A model generated the notes under the pieces. It was given only the letters and a program-made list of their open reading frames with translations, did not search any database and had not been told where the DNA came from. A stretch of 64,000 bases of DNA from Anthoceros angustus (Eukaryota; Plantae; Anthocerotophyta): positions 124,001 through 188,000 of the forward strand of contig MU008156.1 in NCBI GenBank assembly GCA_010909165.1, in the 5' to 3' direction. Within the stretch, counting starts at the first letter, position 1. Each line of letters begins with the position of its first letter. Positions 39,192 to 52,209 of the stretch are shown one piece after another. The position numbers and the translations under genes are program-made.

Positions 39192-41153
39192 TTACAGCAG
39201 CTGCTGCAAGTAACTGGCATTTGCAGCTCCAGTGCTGCGCACCAATGCTGCGAACTTACTGTCCCTTGCCAGAAGTTGCTGCGGGGTGTCAAACTCGACA
39301 AGCTGGCCATTGTCCAGTACGAGAATCCTATCACTGTCTATGATGGTGTTGAGTCTGTGAGCAATGATGAGCATGGTACAGGACCTGAACTCATCCCTGA
39401 TGGTTTTCTGGATCAGAGCATCCGTTGCCACATCCACTGCTGCAGTGGCCTCGTCAAGCACCAGGATCTTAGATCTCCGAAGCAGTGCTCTGGCGAGACT
39501 GAGAAGCTGCCTCTGGCCGACGCTGAAATTCTCACCCCCTTCCGATACCTGCATGTCCAAACCTGCGGCATTCTTCCGCACAACTTCCTTCAGATGGGAC
39601 CTTTCAAGAGCTTCCCACATATCAGAATCACTGTGCTGGCTGAAGGGATCGAGATTAAATCGGACTGTTCCTGAGAAGGGCACAGGCGACTGTGGGATGA
39701 TCCCCAAGTTTCTCCTCAGGTCAGCCAACCCGATTTTGGAGGTGTCGATGTTGTCGATCAAAATCTGCCCGCTCTCAGACTCCACTATACGGAAGAGGGC
39801 ATTCATCATGCTGGACTTGCCAGCCCCCGTCCGTCCCACGATGCCAATCTTCTCCGTCGGCCTCACAGAGAAGGACAAGCCCCTGAGAACAGGGGGCAGC
39901 TGCGGCCTGTACCTCATCACCACATCTTTGAACTGGATGGCTCCTGCTTCCGGCCAGGAAGAAGGTGGCCGGTTGTCCTCGATAACCAGAGGCGCTTCCG
40001 GGGGCACGTCGATGTAGGTCCCGACTCTTTCCACGGCATTGAAGCTGTTTTCAGCCGCACTGGCACACCTCAAGACTGCCGTCATGTAGTTGGTGATGTT
40101 CAAGGCATAGCTCAGCAGCAGACCCATCTGAGCAGCGAAGGCTGCCCGGTTAGAGGACCGGGCATTCCCCAGCACAGCCAGGACCGCTGTCATGAAGATC
40201 ATGAGCCCACCGAGGAACTCCAGGCGGATAGACAGCCATCTGTTGGAGCTCATGTTGAGCAAGGTGAAGCGCACGTTGTTGTCCATAGCAGCACCGTTTG
40301 CCTGCGCCAGTCTGTCATGCGCCTTGAAGGCCCGGATAGTCGCCAGCCCGTTCAGAGCCTCACTGAACTGCGCATACACCGGCGACCTGGACACGGAATC
40401 CAGCCGCTTCACCTCCCTGGCGGTGCTCTGGAAGTAGACGTAAGCCGCATTGAAGGCGAGGAGCAGCGGCAGCACAGCCCAGAGGGACAGCAAGCTCACG
40501 ATCCCGATGAGCACGAAGGTGGAGATGAGCTGGAAGAGGAAGGTGAGAAACAAGCTGGTGATGACGACGACGTTGCGGTCGATGTCCCCGGTGTCCCTCG
40601 CAAATCTGTTGATGATCCTGCCTATGGGGTTGGAGTGGAAGAAGGACATGGGCGCCCTGAGAATGGCCCCAAGCATGCTGTCGTGCAGCCGTCTGGCAGC
40701 AGCCAGACTGGACAGTACGAGGCAGAAGGAGGTTGCAAACATGACCAACACCTGGGTGAGGCACAGCAGTGCATAGATCCCGTTGTAGTAGTTGGTGGAA
40801 TGCGTGTGCGGCTTGGTCTCGTCCGTCCAGATGCTGAGCCAGGCGCTGCTGCAGAGCCTGACAAGCTCTGTGGCAACGTAGAGCGTGAAGAGCAGAGTCA
40901 CCACCCACATGCCTCCCATGGCGGTGCTGTATCGCCGCAGCACCTGGACGCTGATCACCCCCGTCTCCCTCTCCTCGGTGGTGACAAGCGTGGCCTTGGC
41001 CTTGGCCTGGGCCTGGGCCTGGGCCTGGGCCTTGGCCTTGGCCTTGGCCTGGGCTTCGGCTCCGGCTGCCTCCTCGTGGGCGCCTTCCTTCAGAGCGCTC
41101 CCATTCCTGGTGAGGGACGGCGGCGTGATGAGCACCCCATGGCCATGGCCGCC

Positions 41154-41194
<41 letters not shown>

Positions 41195-43770
41195 CCGGAA
41201 CATCCACATCCTGAGAGGCCCTGTCCTCCACACTCCCCGCATTCTCCATGAGCTGCTTGAACAGAGGCCCGCTTTGCAGCAGCTCCTCGAACGAGCCTTG
41301 CTCCTCCACCACCCCCTGGTGCACCAGAAACACCTTGTCGACATGGGCCAGGAAGTGCAGCTGGTTGGTGGCGAAGACGATGGTCTTCCCCTTGAGCGCC
41401 TCCTTCATGCAGCCGTCGAAGACGAGCTTGGCCACGTGGGCGTCCAGCGCGCTGAGGGGATCGTCGAACAAGTAGACGTCCGCATCGGCATACACCGCCC
41501 GCGCGATGGACACCCGCTGCTTCTGCCCGCCGCTGATGTTCACCCCGCGCTCCCCGATCTCGGTGAGGTCCCCCCCAGGAAACATGTGCAGATCATGGTC
41601 CAGCGCGCTCACCGGATGGCCCGCTCGTACCGCACGGGATCGAAGGCGCCCCGAACAGCACGTTCTCCCGCACCGTGGCATTGAAGATCCACGACACCTG
41701 CGGGACGTAGGCGACGCGGCCCCGGACGACAGCGTCGGCGCCCGCCACGGTGGAATGTCCCCGAGGATGGCGCTGAGCACGGAGGTCTTGCCCTCCCCGG
41801 TCCCGCCCACCACGGCCACGAAGCTCCCGGCCGCCACCTCCAGGCTGATGCCCGCCAGCGTGGGCGGCCTCTCCTCCTCCGCGCTCCAGGAGAAGCTGGC
41901 GTTGCGGATGCTCACGGCGGGAGGCCGGGCCCAGGGGCGGAAACGGATCCAGCGCCCGCTCCTCCGCCAGCAGCAGCTCCTGCAGCCGGGTGAGGGAGAC
42001 GTTGGCGGTGACGGCCTGGGTCACCAGGTTGGGGAAGTTGTAGAGCGGGAAGCGCAGGACGGCGAAGAGGGAGAGGGAGGTGAAGGCCTTGGCGGGCGTC
42101 AGCTCCCCGCCCAGGAACGCGTACAGCCCGAAGGCGATCACGGACACCAACACGGGCACGCTGTTGAGCAGGAAGTTGTTGACGGCGGCCAGGGAGAGCG
42201 CCTTCCGGAACCAGGACACCTCCTGGGCGCGCACCCCGCCCACCTTGTCCCGGAAGCTCTCCTCCCACACGCAGCATTTCACGATGTCCATGGCAGCCAG
42301 GATCTCGTTCATGAGCCCGATGCGGCGATCCGTGCAGTGCAGGCCCTCCTTGGTGAGGCGCTGCATCCGCTTCACCACCAGCGTCTGCACAGGGAACATG
42401 AGGAGCAGCAGGAGGGAGCCCACCAGGCACGCCACCCCGAGCTGCTGGTACAGCAGGTAGAGAGACACCCCGATGCGCAGCGGCGCGGACCACAGCCCGT
42501 GCAGCTGGTTGCACATCTGCTGGACCGCGTCCGCGTCTGCCGTCATGAGGTTGTTGATCTTCCCGGCCGTGAAGGAGCGGTCACGGTCGCGGTGGGTGAG
42601 GCGGAGGGCTTTGCGGAACACAGCCGCCACGATGGCGGATCGCGCGCGGAACCCCACCCGCATCACGTTCTGGAAGTACTGCGCCTCCGCCAGGACCCCC
42701 AGCACCTGGCCCAGGAAGATGCAGGCCGCGTAGAGGCAGCCCCGGCCCGCCGGCTCTCCCTCCTGCATGCTCTCCAGCAGCAGGCTGAGGAACACGGGGC
42801 CCACGAACTGGGACGCGTCGTTGCCGATCTTGCACAGCCCGCCCAGCACGAAGCGCGCCCTGAGCGCCTTGGCGAGCGCGCGCAGCAGCCATGGCCGCGC
42901 CCTCCCGACCTCCTCCTGCCACCGTCTCTCCAAGTCGGCGTGCAGCGCCTCCGTGCGGTCCCAGCTCTCCAGCCGCCACACGTCTCCTTCCTGGATGGGC
43001 CGCCGGAAGCCCAGCGCGATGAGCGGCGTCATCCAGCTGAAGAGCAGCCATGACAACAGCCCGGCCTTCCGCTCGGGGAACTCCCCCTTTTCCTTCTCCT
43101 TCTCCTCCCTCGCACCTTCGTCCTCCGCCGCCAGCGCCGAGTACCCCGCCTCCTGCTCCAGTCCCGGGAAGTAGGCCAGCAGCAGCAGCGCCAGGAGCAG
43201 CTGCCACCCCACCTGCGCGGCCTGTACGGCCGCAATGCGGGGCGGGAAGAAGGCGCGGAGCTGGAAGAAGTACTGCAGCCGCGTGGCCTGGGCCAGCAGG
43301 ACGTAGCACACGCCGAAGCGCAAGTACCAGCTCGCCTCCCGCACGTACGCGCGGGTCTCGGCGACCAGGACCAGCAGGACCGCTGCCCAGGCCAGGGATC
43401 CCAGCGCCAGCCCCAGCACCTCGGCCGGCGGGAGAGGCGCGCCCTCTTGCGGATCCACGCTGCTCCATCCCAGGGCCAGCTGCGATGCCGGGATGGCGGC
43501 GCACAGCAGGGCCAAGAGAAGGAGCAGAGAGTGGTGCACGCCGACGCGGCGCAAGAGGAAGCGCTGCAGGCCCGGGGCCGGGGCCAGGGCCGGGGACCGA
43601 GATACCAGCACAAGCAGACGCAGTCGCCATAGCGCCACGCCTAGGAGGACCAGGTGGGAGAGGGTGAGCACCACCGCGTCGAGCACACACGGCGTCAGGG
43701 CGCCGAACCCGTCCGCCAGCTGTGTCTCCCACACTCCCCCGGCCACAGCGCGGCAGAATGACCCACCCAT
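39192..43770 (-). CDS. ABCC1/2: ABCC/MRP transporter of the plant ABCC1/ABCC2 clade (TMD0-TMD1-NBD1-TMD2-NBD2), intronless, with 5 single-base deletions at ~41610-41935
   Basis: N-terminus [10 protein letters not shown]...[22 protein letters not shown] matches the recalled AtMRP1/2 TMD0; NBD1 [27 protein letters not shown]; NBD2 [26 protein letters not shown]; the ORF-track pieces 41593-43980 and 39192-41915 interleave across the lesions. Confidence 0.93.
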
Positions 43771-44177
43771 CGCTCCTCCTGCCTCCTCTGTCCCTGTCTC
43801 TGTCTCATCACAACACACAACGCAACTGTTTGCAATCTGCGCTTTAAAGGCGCAGCGGCTGGCAGCGGCCCGGAATTCCAGGGAAAACGGGTTAAGGCAG
43901 AGATAGGCAGGCTTGTACACAAAAAGGCTTCTTCTGGAAGGGACAAGCGCCCCGGCCGAAAAGTTGGAAAACCAGGGCACCCGCGGACCTGCCAGGCAAC
44001 AGGCCTAGCAGCTTCCTGGTTGACCCCTTGACTCCATTCCCAGGGCATGGAAACAGTAAACACAAATAAACTGTGTGTACCGCACCTACAACAAAAGGCA
44101 GCCAGCCGCCTCCTGCTACACACCTATGGAGGTGCATACATACGTACAGTGGGTGACAACACGGTACGGACTTCTAC

Positions 44178-47168
44178 TTACCGCGGTAGCAGGGAGTTGA
44201 GGTTGGCTACCGAGTAAGCAAACACGGCCATTGTCGCCGCGCAATGCTGCAGTTGCTGAGGAGACAGCTTGTCGACGGTGTCCGCAGACGTGTGGTGGTA
44301 CCTGCGCATCCCACCGGCCAACCAAAACCAGCCACAGTAAGCTGGATCCGTACGTTCACAATGACCCTTGTACAGACACACATACATACATACGCAAACA
44401 CGCACCAGAAGTAGGCGTTGTCCTGGAAGTTGGGGTCGGCGTAGGGAGGGTTATCAAACCCTGCGCACGGGTTATTGGGCTGGTTTCCCACTCGCGGGTC
44501 TAGGACCATCAGACTGCTGCCAGGCACTCCTTGCTCCGTCTGCAACCCCGTCGCCGTCAGTACGAGTCACCACCATTCACCCTGCATGATACCCTGCCTG
44601 GCTACGTGTAAGTGACGAACCCCCAAGGGATGAAAGACACACACCAGGTAAAAGATGTCCTCCCCGATGTCGGTCCCCGAGACATTCCCGGATCCAATTC
44701 CAGACAGTAGCGTCTCTCCTATCTGGTTTGCACAACATCCAACCCGCGTCCCACTACCTAGTCAGAGAGGGACAGACATGATCTTCCGATACGACGAAAG
44801 GTAGATAGGCTCCCGGCCCCACTTACATCCTTCAATATACCACGTGCCGCTTTTGAGCCTTGGAACGACACACCGTAGGGGGTAAACGTGCCCCCGTCCG
44901 ACTCCAAAGACCAGCTAGTCCTGTTCAGTTCAGAAAAGGCGGCCAGGAAAGACGATGAAACAACCGCAAACGACACCGACCTCACCGGCGCAGGGTGGCT
45001 GGCTGAATAGGATAATGACATACAGATTCGCTTCGTGTTGGTGGTTGTGCGCATACTGGATTGCGCCTTTACTCCCGTTCTCCTCGTTCACGAACAGCAC
45101 TGCACGCAGAGTTCGCTTCGGCTTGAGGCCCAATGAGCGAATAACACGGAGCACCTGCAGCCACACATTCCACCATTTCACGACACAACCAACAAACAAC
45201 GCATGTGAGACCATACCGGCAGGTAAATGCTTGCTTGCGCTACGGTGAAAGAGGCAATGGGAGACCAACCTCCCAGGAAACAAAAGCCCCACCACCATCA
45301 TCCATGGCTCCATCGGCAATGTCCCAGCTGTCCATGTGACCACCGAACACCACCAGCTCGTTTGGTAAATCACTGCCTTCGATCTCCACGATCAGGTTCC
45401 TGAAACAAAAACAAGAGACCCTGCGTATCAGGCTAGCACAGGTGATAACACACTCCAGGTGCCTCATGCTACAATCAACCATGCCACTACCTGGACAGCT
45501 GATCAGGAAGGGTGCGAGCCTGCATCAGTGCAAGGAGACTGGCTTAGCCTCCACTAGAGCTGTGACGGATTTGAGGCCATGGAACTACTTTGTGCATCCT
45601 GTCTCATGTGCATCAAAGTGTGGCAGGCAACACACCTCCATATACAGTTCAACAATCACTTCCTGGCCTCGTGCTTGCATCCTCGCAAACATCTTCGAGT
45701 CTTCTAGAGTTATAGCTGCAGCAGGTATCTCTGCCTCTGACATCGCTCCTGTGTGGGGCGTCTGCAAATAACACAATCCATGGATCAGATACAAATTAGT
45801 GGAAACTCCCCTTCGCAGCACAACATGAAACCAATCTGCTACAACTTCATGTCCACCTGCAGTCCGAAAGGTGCAATTGAACGAACGAGTACAGCTACTG
45901 CACCATACTTCTGAGCCCTCTGTGCACCCTTCGAGCGATACACAACTGTCTCCCCATACCCTTTGAACTCGACATCAAAGAGGACAATTCGACCTACAAC
46001 ACATGACAGCAATCAGAAAATGGTCATCAGCATACACAATGCGAGTATGGGGAGCACAATTGTACACATACAGGCAGTGTGAAACACTACTCACCTTTCA
46101 CTTCCAAATTCCGTTGCTCCAGCTCCTCAAAAGATGATACCACAAGAACTTTGGCAATCAGTGACTTGCCATGGGGAGTGCCCACACTCCTACCAAGACC
46201 CACAATATTCATTTTCTTCTGTCTCGGTGAAAGCAGCGTAGCATACTCTTCGCCCCGCACCCAGCAGGGTACCTTGACAGATTCTTCTTGAACTTTTAGC
46301 CCATCCTTCTCCATTTCTCCCTGTGATTCCAATTTTACGCCCAGTCAGAAATCTGAGCTGGGACTTTCCAAAGAAACTTGACCAAGGCTGTCTTTGTCTA
46401 CACCATGACCGGTGCACCTACAACAAAAGCTCATGACGCAAAGAGCACAACCTTCACCCAATCCAGTGCTCTTTCAAGTGCACTTGAACCACTGAGCCGT
46501 GGTCCGAAGGTGTCCGTCATGTAAGCCAGCCTATCGTACACCAAGCTGCTCTTCCTCCAACCAGCCACCACAAACAATCAGCCTTCAAGGCTTCTGGCTT
46601 CTGATATTATGACTTCAAATACATCTCAACAGGCATGACACACAGCGTCTGCAATTAGCAGGCAAGAACCAGTTGCACTTTGACGTAAACCACCACTGGA
46701 GGCATGCATCTGGGATTGTTGGCCTTGTCACATATGCACAAGAAGGATAAAACGCATTTCACGATGTAATACACACGGCAAAAACAGGCACCGGCATTGC
46801 AGAATGCTACGTTGTTAACGCATCACCTGGTAGAAAATGCAGCTTTGATAATGGATTCGGCATCAACTTTGTCTTGAGAAGTGACCACGCTTTCACGAAA
46901 TCCGCGCCATCTCCAGCTCGGAAGCTCAATGTACGAGCTCCCAACACAGGTCTGCGTGCGACATTGCAGCAAGCGCAATGCACAGTTATGATCAAAATTC
47001 ATCGGAGGGCAATCAGCACAAAAACTTGTTCCGGTAGACACAACGCACAACATCTAATGCACCCTAAAAACATGACAATCACCAGACACTGGGACTTACG
47101 ATCCGAAATGTAACAGATACCAGCTGCAGTTTGAGCAACGAAGCTAACAGCCCTGCAGGACAAGCCAT
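44178..47168 (-). CDS. CPQ: Carboxypeptidase Q / plasma glutamate carboxypeptidase-like M28 metallopeptidase with PA domain, multi-exon; start uncertain
   Basis: Exons: YDRLAYMTDTFGPRLSGS; VPCWVRGEE...GLGRSVGT; TPHTG...IPAAAITLED; GGHMDSWDIADGAMDDGGGAFVSWE; PKRTLRAVLFVNEENG; LESDGGTF; YFW|YHHTSADTVDKL...LLPR*. Confidence 0.9.
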
Positions 47169-48018
47169 GCATTGCCACGCTAGGAAACACCGTTTTATGA
47201 CCATAACCCCACGCAACAAACTTTCCAAGTCAAAACCAGCAGGCGCAAAAGACCTAGCCAGCTGACCAGTCCATGCCTTCCAGATCCAAACCCCTGCCAC
47301 ACTCGGCCGCAACGCTCACCAGCGCAGAGAACACAGCCAGCAACAACAGCGCCGAGAAACCAGCTAGCATTGCTGCCGCTTCCGAGTAGCAATTGGCAGT
47401 CGCCGAAGTGGCAAGGCACAACAAACTGCGGAGCAGACGAGAGAAGAAGGCCAGGAGAAATCGTGGCTCTGTGCGCAGTCCTATTTGCCGCAGTGTGTGC
47501 ACCAATGCTCAATGCCGCCTCCGTGACACTATTGTTCGAGCTCGCGGTTGGTGAGATCGCGTGCCTGCAAATCTACAAGGAAAAAGACGGCGGCCACCTC
47601 GCGGCTTGGGATCCGACAGCAACCACACACAGCAACTGTGGCGACAGGCACTCCGGAGGCACGAGTTTTGCTTCAGTGTGAACACACTTTACAAAGACCT
47701 CCGTCTTGTCCCCGCGTTCAGCGGCATCATCAGGCTCCAGGGAAACTCACTGTACATATACATATAGTATGTACATAACGCGCCAGTGAGGAGCACCATG
47801 TTAGGTCGGTAGTACACTTGTTACGCACAGAGAGTACATAGGTGGTACACAGACTTTAGAGTTAAGAACTACCTACAAACTTTAGAAAGCTAAAAAGCAA
47901 TGGGTCCTAGGGCCGCCGTTCCGTTCAAGCTCCACGCAGTGCCCCCAGCCGCCTTCACTCGTTCAGTGGAAGCGTCATATGGTCTTCTTACATGATTGAT
48001 ATATATACATTATTGGAT

Positions 48019-51000
48019 CAACAACAACAACAACAACTTTATTTATGTCCACTAAGGATGGGAGAACCATCATGGGACAGAGATAGTACAGCGTAAAAGA
48101 GGTTTAAAAAACCGAGTACACTTACGTACGTCTGAACTAGAGAAGCAGTACCTGTATGAGGGAAGCAGAAAAGAAGGCAAAGACTACAAGGAGTCCAACA
48201 AGGACTGCCGAAGATCAAGAAGCTCAGAGAGACATAGTCCAGAGAGCCTAGGAATGTGGAAAGAGAAAAATCTGCGCAGCGAGAAGCCGGCACATTCAAA
48301 AAGAAGAGAGTAACGAGACCGAATATCGGCATAGGCAGGACAATAAAAGAGGAAGTGTGATTCAGATTCAGGATCCAAGGAGCAAAGCTTGCAGATCCTA
48401 TCGTCTTGGGGAGGGGTAGGCTTGAGCCAACGGTCGGTCTCAATCCGGAGGTGGTGGGAGCTAACACGAAATTGACCTATGAGTGTGCGGAGTTTGAAGG
48501 AAAGGGGGCGAGGTGGCAGGCGGGGTAGGAAATTTACAGGGAGGATTAACTCGGAGCTCGTCTTTGTAAAAGCGGAGTCTAGAAGTGAGAGGGGAAAAGG
48601 AAGAGGGGACCGGTGAGGCGGTATCTTAATTTAAGGGCCCCGAATGGAGTGGTTGGGGGATGTGAGAAAGGGGAGTTGGGAGGAGGAGAGGCCAAGCGAG
48701 TCGAAAAAGGTTCAAACTCGAATCTTCTAAGCCGGTTGGCGGCTTGAGAAAGCCAGAAAAGAAGCTTGTGGGTCAAGATTGAGCGAGGCGGAGGACCTAA
48801 AGGCAAGGAGGAGGTAAGGGGATCCAAAATGGGATTAGCAATATCAAGGAGGTGGAGGCGGTAAAGAAAGGATGAGAGGCGAAAAAGGCCATCAAGTTCG
48901 AGGAAAGGCTGCAAATTCGTAAAGGAGGATGGGTAATGGAGTTGAGCGCTTACAAGCAATGTGAGCGGAGAAAGGAAGATTGAACCCTTTCCACCTTCGC
49001 CCAAGAAGAAGGAAAGATCCGGCCCCAAATTTCAGCCATACAAGGCGGAGGGAATTACCATAGTGTTGAACATGCTCAAGATTGATATCCCAAGATTCAT
49101 CCTCAGATAAAGAACGCGCAAAGCATGATGAGCCCATCCCCTTGGTAGCGGAGGAGGCAGAGGAGGTCCAGTTAAATTTAGGACCGAAAATAGTGATACC
49201 AGATAAGTATAGGATCGAACCATCTCCACCTCCGACCATCATAATAAAATTTGCAATCACCCTTGTAATCCCGAGTGTTGAACCGCATAATCTTGGTCTT
49301 GCAGATTGACAAAGAGACCCTTGGTTTTACAAAAAGGGATAAAACATCCAGCTTGTTTGGTTCTCCGGAATGAGATAAAGAACAATATCATCCATATAGG
49401 AGGATAGGAATACTTTAAATAGCCGAGCACCGTGGTCGCCAGATCAAGAAGCCATTCCTCAAGCTCATCAATATACAACCCAAAGAGATTTGGGGACAAA
49501 GGGTCGCCTCGCGAACGCCAAGTTGGATAGGGATCCGTGGGAAGACAAACCACGGGAGTCTTGATTCGAGCAAAGACCCTTTGTAGAGAAGGGTAGCAGC
49601 ATGCCACAAATGAGGAGGCATCTTAAGAGATTGAAGTCTGTCAAACAACTTATCCCAAGGCACAGAGTTGAAAGCACGCTTAAAGTCAACAAAACAACAG
49701 TAGACGTGCTTCTTCAGATGTCGAGCCCCTTCAACAATAGCCCGGAGGGTAAAAGATGATCCAAAGTATTCCGACCGGGGCATCTGTTATGCAATCGATC
49801 ACATCTGTTATGTAAAACCAAAGCAGAAGTCAGGAGAAGAGGAGAGACCTTTCAAGAGCCTCGTGTTGAGCAATTTCCAAGATTGATATCCACGAAGATT
49901 CATCACATAAAGAACGGCGCAAAGCACGGTGAGCCCATCCCCTTGGTAGAGGAGGCGGAGGAGGTCCAGTTAAATTTAGGACCGAAAATAGTGATACCCG
50001 ATAAGTATAGGATCGAACCATCTCCACCTCCGACCATCATAATAAAATTTGCAATCACCCTTGTAATCCCGAGTGTTGAACCGCATAATCTTGGTCTTGC
50101 AGATTGACAAAGAGACCCTTGGTTTTACAAAAAGGGATAAAACATCCAGCTTGTTTGGTTCTCCGGAATGAGATAAAGAACAATATCATCCATATAGGAG
50201 GATAGGAATACTTTAAATAGCCGAGCACCGTGGTCGCCAGATCAAGAAGCCATTCCTCAAGCTCATCAATATACAACCCAAAGAGATTTGGGGACAAAGG
50301 GTCGCCTCGCGAACGCCAAGTTGGATAGGGATCCGTGGGAAGACAAACCACGGGAGTCTTGATTCGAGCAAAGACCCTTTGTAGAGAAGGGTAGCAGCAT
50401 GCCACAAATGAGGAGGCATCTTAAGAGATTGAAGTCTGTCAAACAACTTATCCCAAGGCACAGAGTTGAAAGCACGCTTAAAGTCAACAAAACAACAGTA
50501 GACGTGCTTCTTCAGATGTCGAGCCCCTTCAACAATAGCCCGGAGGGTAAAAGATGATCCAAAGTATTCCGACCGGGGCATCTGTTATGCAATCGATCAC
50601 ATCTGTTATGTAAAACCAAAGCAGAAGTCAGGAGAAGAGGAGAGACCTTTCAAGAGCCTCGTGTTGAGCAATTTCCAAGATTGATATCCACGAAGATTCA
50701 TCACATAAAGAACGGCGCAAAGCACGGTGAGCCCATCCCCTTGGTAGAGGAGGCGGAGGAGGTCCAGTTAAATTTAGGACCGAAAATAGTGATACCCGAT
50801 AAGTATAGGATCGAACCATCTCCACCTCCGACCATCATAATAAAATTTGCAATCACCCTTGTAATCCCGAGTGTTGAACCGCATAATCTTGGTCTTGCAG
50901 ATTGACAAAGAGACCCTTGGTTTTACAAAAAGGGATAAAACATCCGATTGCTTTTGCAGGCCCTCGGAATGAGATAAAGAACAATATCATCCATATAGGA

Positions 51001-51469
51001 GGATAGGAATACTTTCAAATAGCCGAGCACCGTGGTCGCGGATCGAGAAGAAGCCATTCCTCAAGCTCATCAATATACAACCCAAAGAGATTTGGGGACA
51101 AAGGGTCGCCTCATGAGCGCCAAGTTAGATAGGGATCCGTGGGAAGACAAACCACGGGAGTGATTCGAGCAAAGACCCTTTTGTAGAGAAGGGTAGCAGC
51201 ATGCCTCATTTAGGCATCTTAAGAGATTGAAGTCTGTCAAACAACTTATCCCAAGGCACAGAGTTGAAAGCACGCTTAAAGTCAACAAAACAACAGTAGA
51301 CGTGCTTCTTCAGATGTCGAGCCCCTTCAACAATAGCCCGGAGGGTAAAAAGATGATCCAAAGTATTCCGACCGGGGCATCTGTTATGCAATCGATCACA
51401 TCTGTTATGTAAAACTAAAGCAGAAGTCAGGAGAAGAGGAGAGACCTTTCAAGAGCCTCGTGTTTGAGC
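48019..51469 (-). mobile_element. 5'-truncated LINE (same family as 17.5-21.9 kb) with a (TTG)n tail and a triplicated ~800-bp segment
   Basis: (caa)6 at 48019-48036 next to the minus-strand AATAAA; ESESHFLFYCPAYADIRSRY; RT DHLFTLRAIVE...CFVDFKRAFNSVPW...GDPLSPNLFGLYID; units start at 49077, 49878, 50676. Confidence 0.9.
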
Positions 51470-52209
51470 TTGAGAAACGAGTCCTGTGTAGACGAGTGTT
51501 GTTCTCTTCAGCGTACGCAGCATAGAGCATCAGAGCAATCGGATGAGTCCCGGAAGACTGAATGCTTCCTGCAGATCAGAGGTAGGCGCAGGTGGCCCGA
51601 CAATGGCAGGCCTCTTAGATTCTGGAGAATTCAGGTAGGCGCTTGACGATTTTGCGTACCGCGTTCTTGGCAGTCCCTGAACTGAGCCAGCAGCTACTTC
51701 AGGCGGTTTGGCGGGCCGCAAATTTCACTTGCAATGCAGGCTCTGACACTCTGAGTTCTAGTGTCGAGAACGGCAGCTGATCTGGGAGCAGCAGGAATTA
51801 AAGTACCAATTGTGAGCAGGGAAGACACAGGGTGCAAGCGGCCGGCAGAGTCTTGAATTTCGAGCTGCTTTTCAGAGCTTTCCTCGGCATGGATGACTGC
51901 AAATGGAGGTTTGCAAACTTAAGCAGTCTTTATCTTTGTCAGGCGCCCTTGAGTATTGGATCTGAAAAGATCCGGCATTTCTCTGATCTGTTGCAGGGAG
52001 CAATCGGTTCACTTTTCTGCTTCTTCGGCTGCTGTGAGGCTTTTTATCTTGGAAACCTGAGGTGAGGGAGGATGCTCCAAACTGCTGCGGTGGTCTCCTT
52101 AAAATTCGAGCTTCTCTAAAGTGTGTGATGGTGCGGCTTTATTGTACATACAGGCACGGACTCCGACAGATTTCGCAAGAGCTTGTCAGGAGAATTTTCG
52201 TTTAAAGTC

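Noticed and set aside
41600-41940. Calling the ABCC gene a pseudogene
   Set aside because: All lesions are single-base losses at or beside G/C runs in one short stretch, with no nonsense codons elsewhere; assembly error is more parsimonious until reads are checked
40317-43732. Long alternative-frame and antisense ORFs (455, 515, 383, 205 aa) over the ABCC gene; likewise 30094-31086 over DUS2
   Set aside because: No recognisable domains; expected from stop-poor high-GC coding DNA
39192-43770. Horizontal transfer or contamination suggested by the high GC and lack of introns in the ABCC gene
   Set aside because: It has a plant ABCC1/2-type TMD0, and native psbY and DUS2 are similarly GC-rich and intronless
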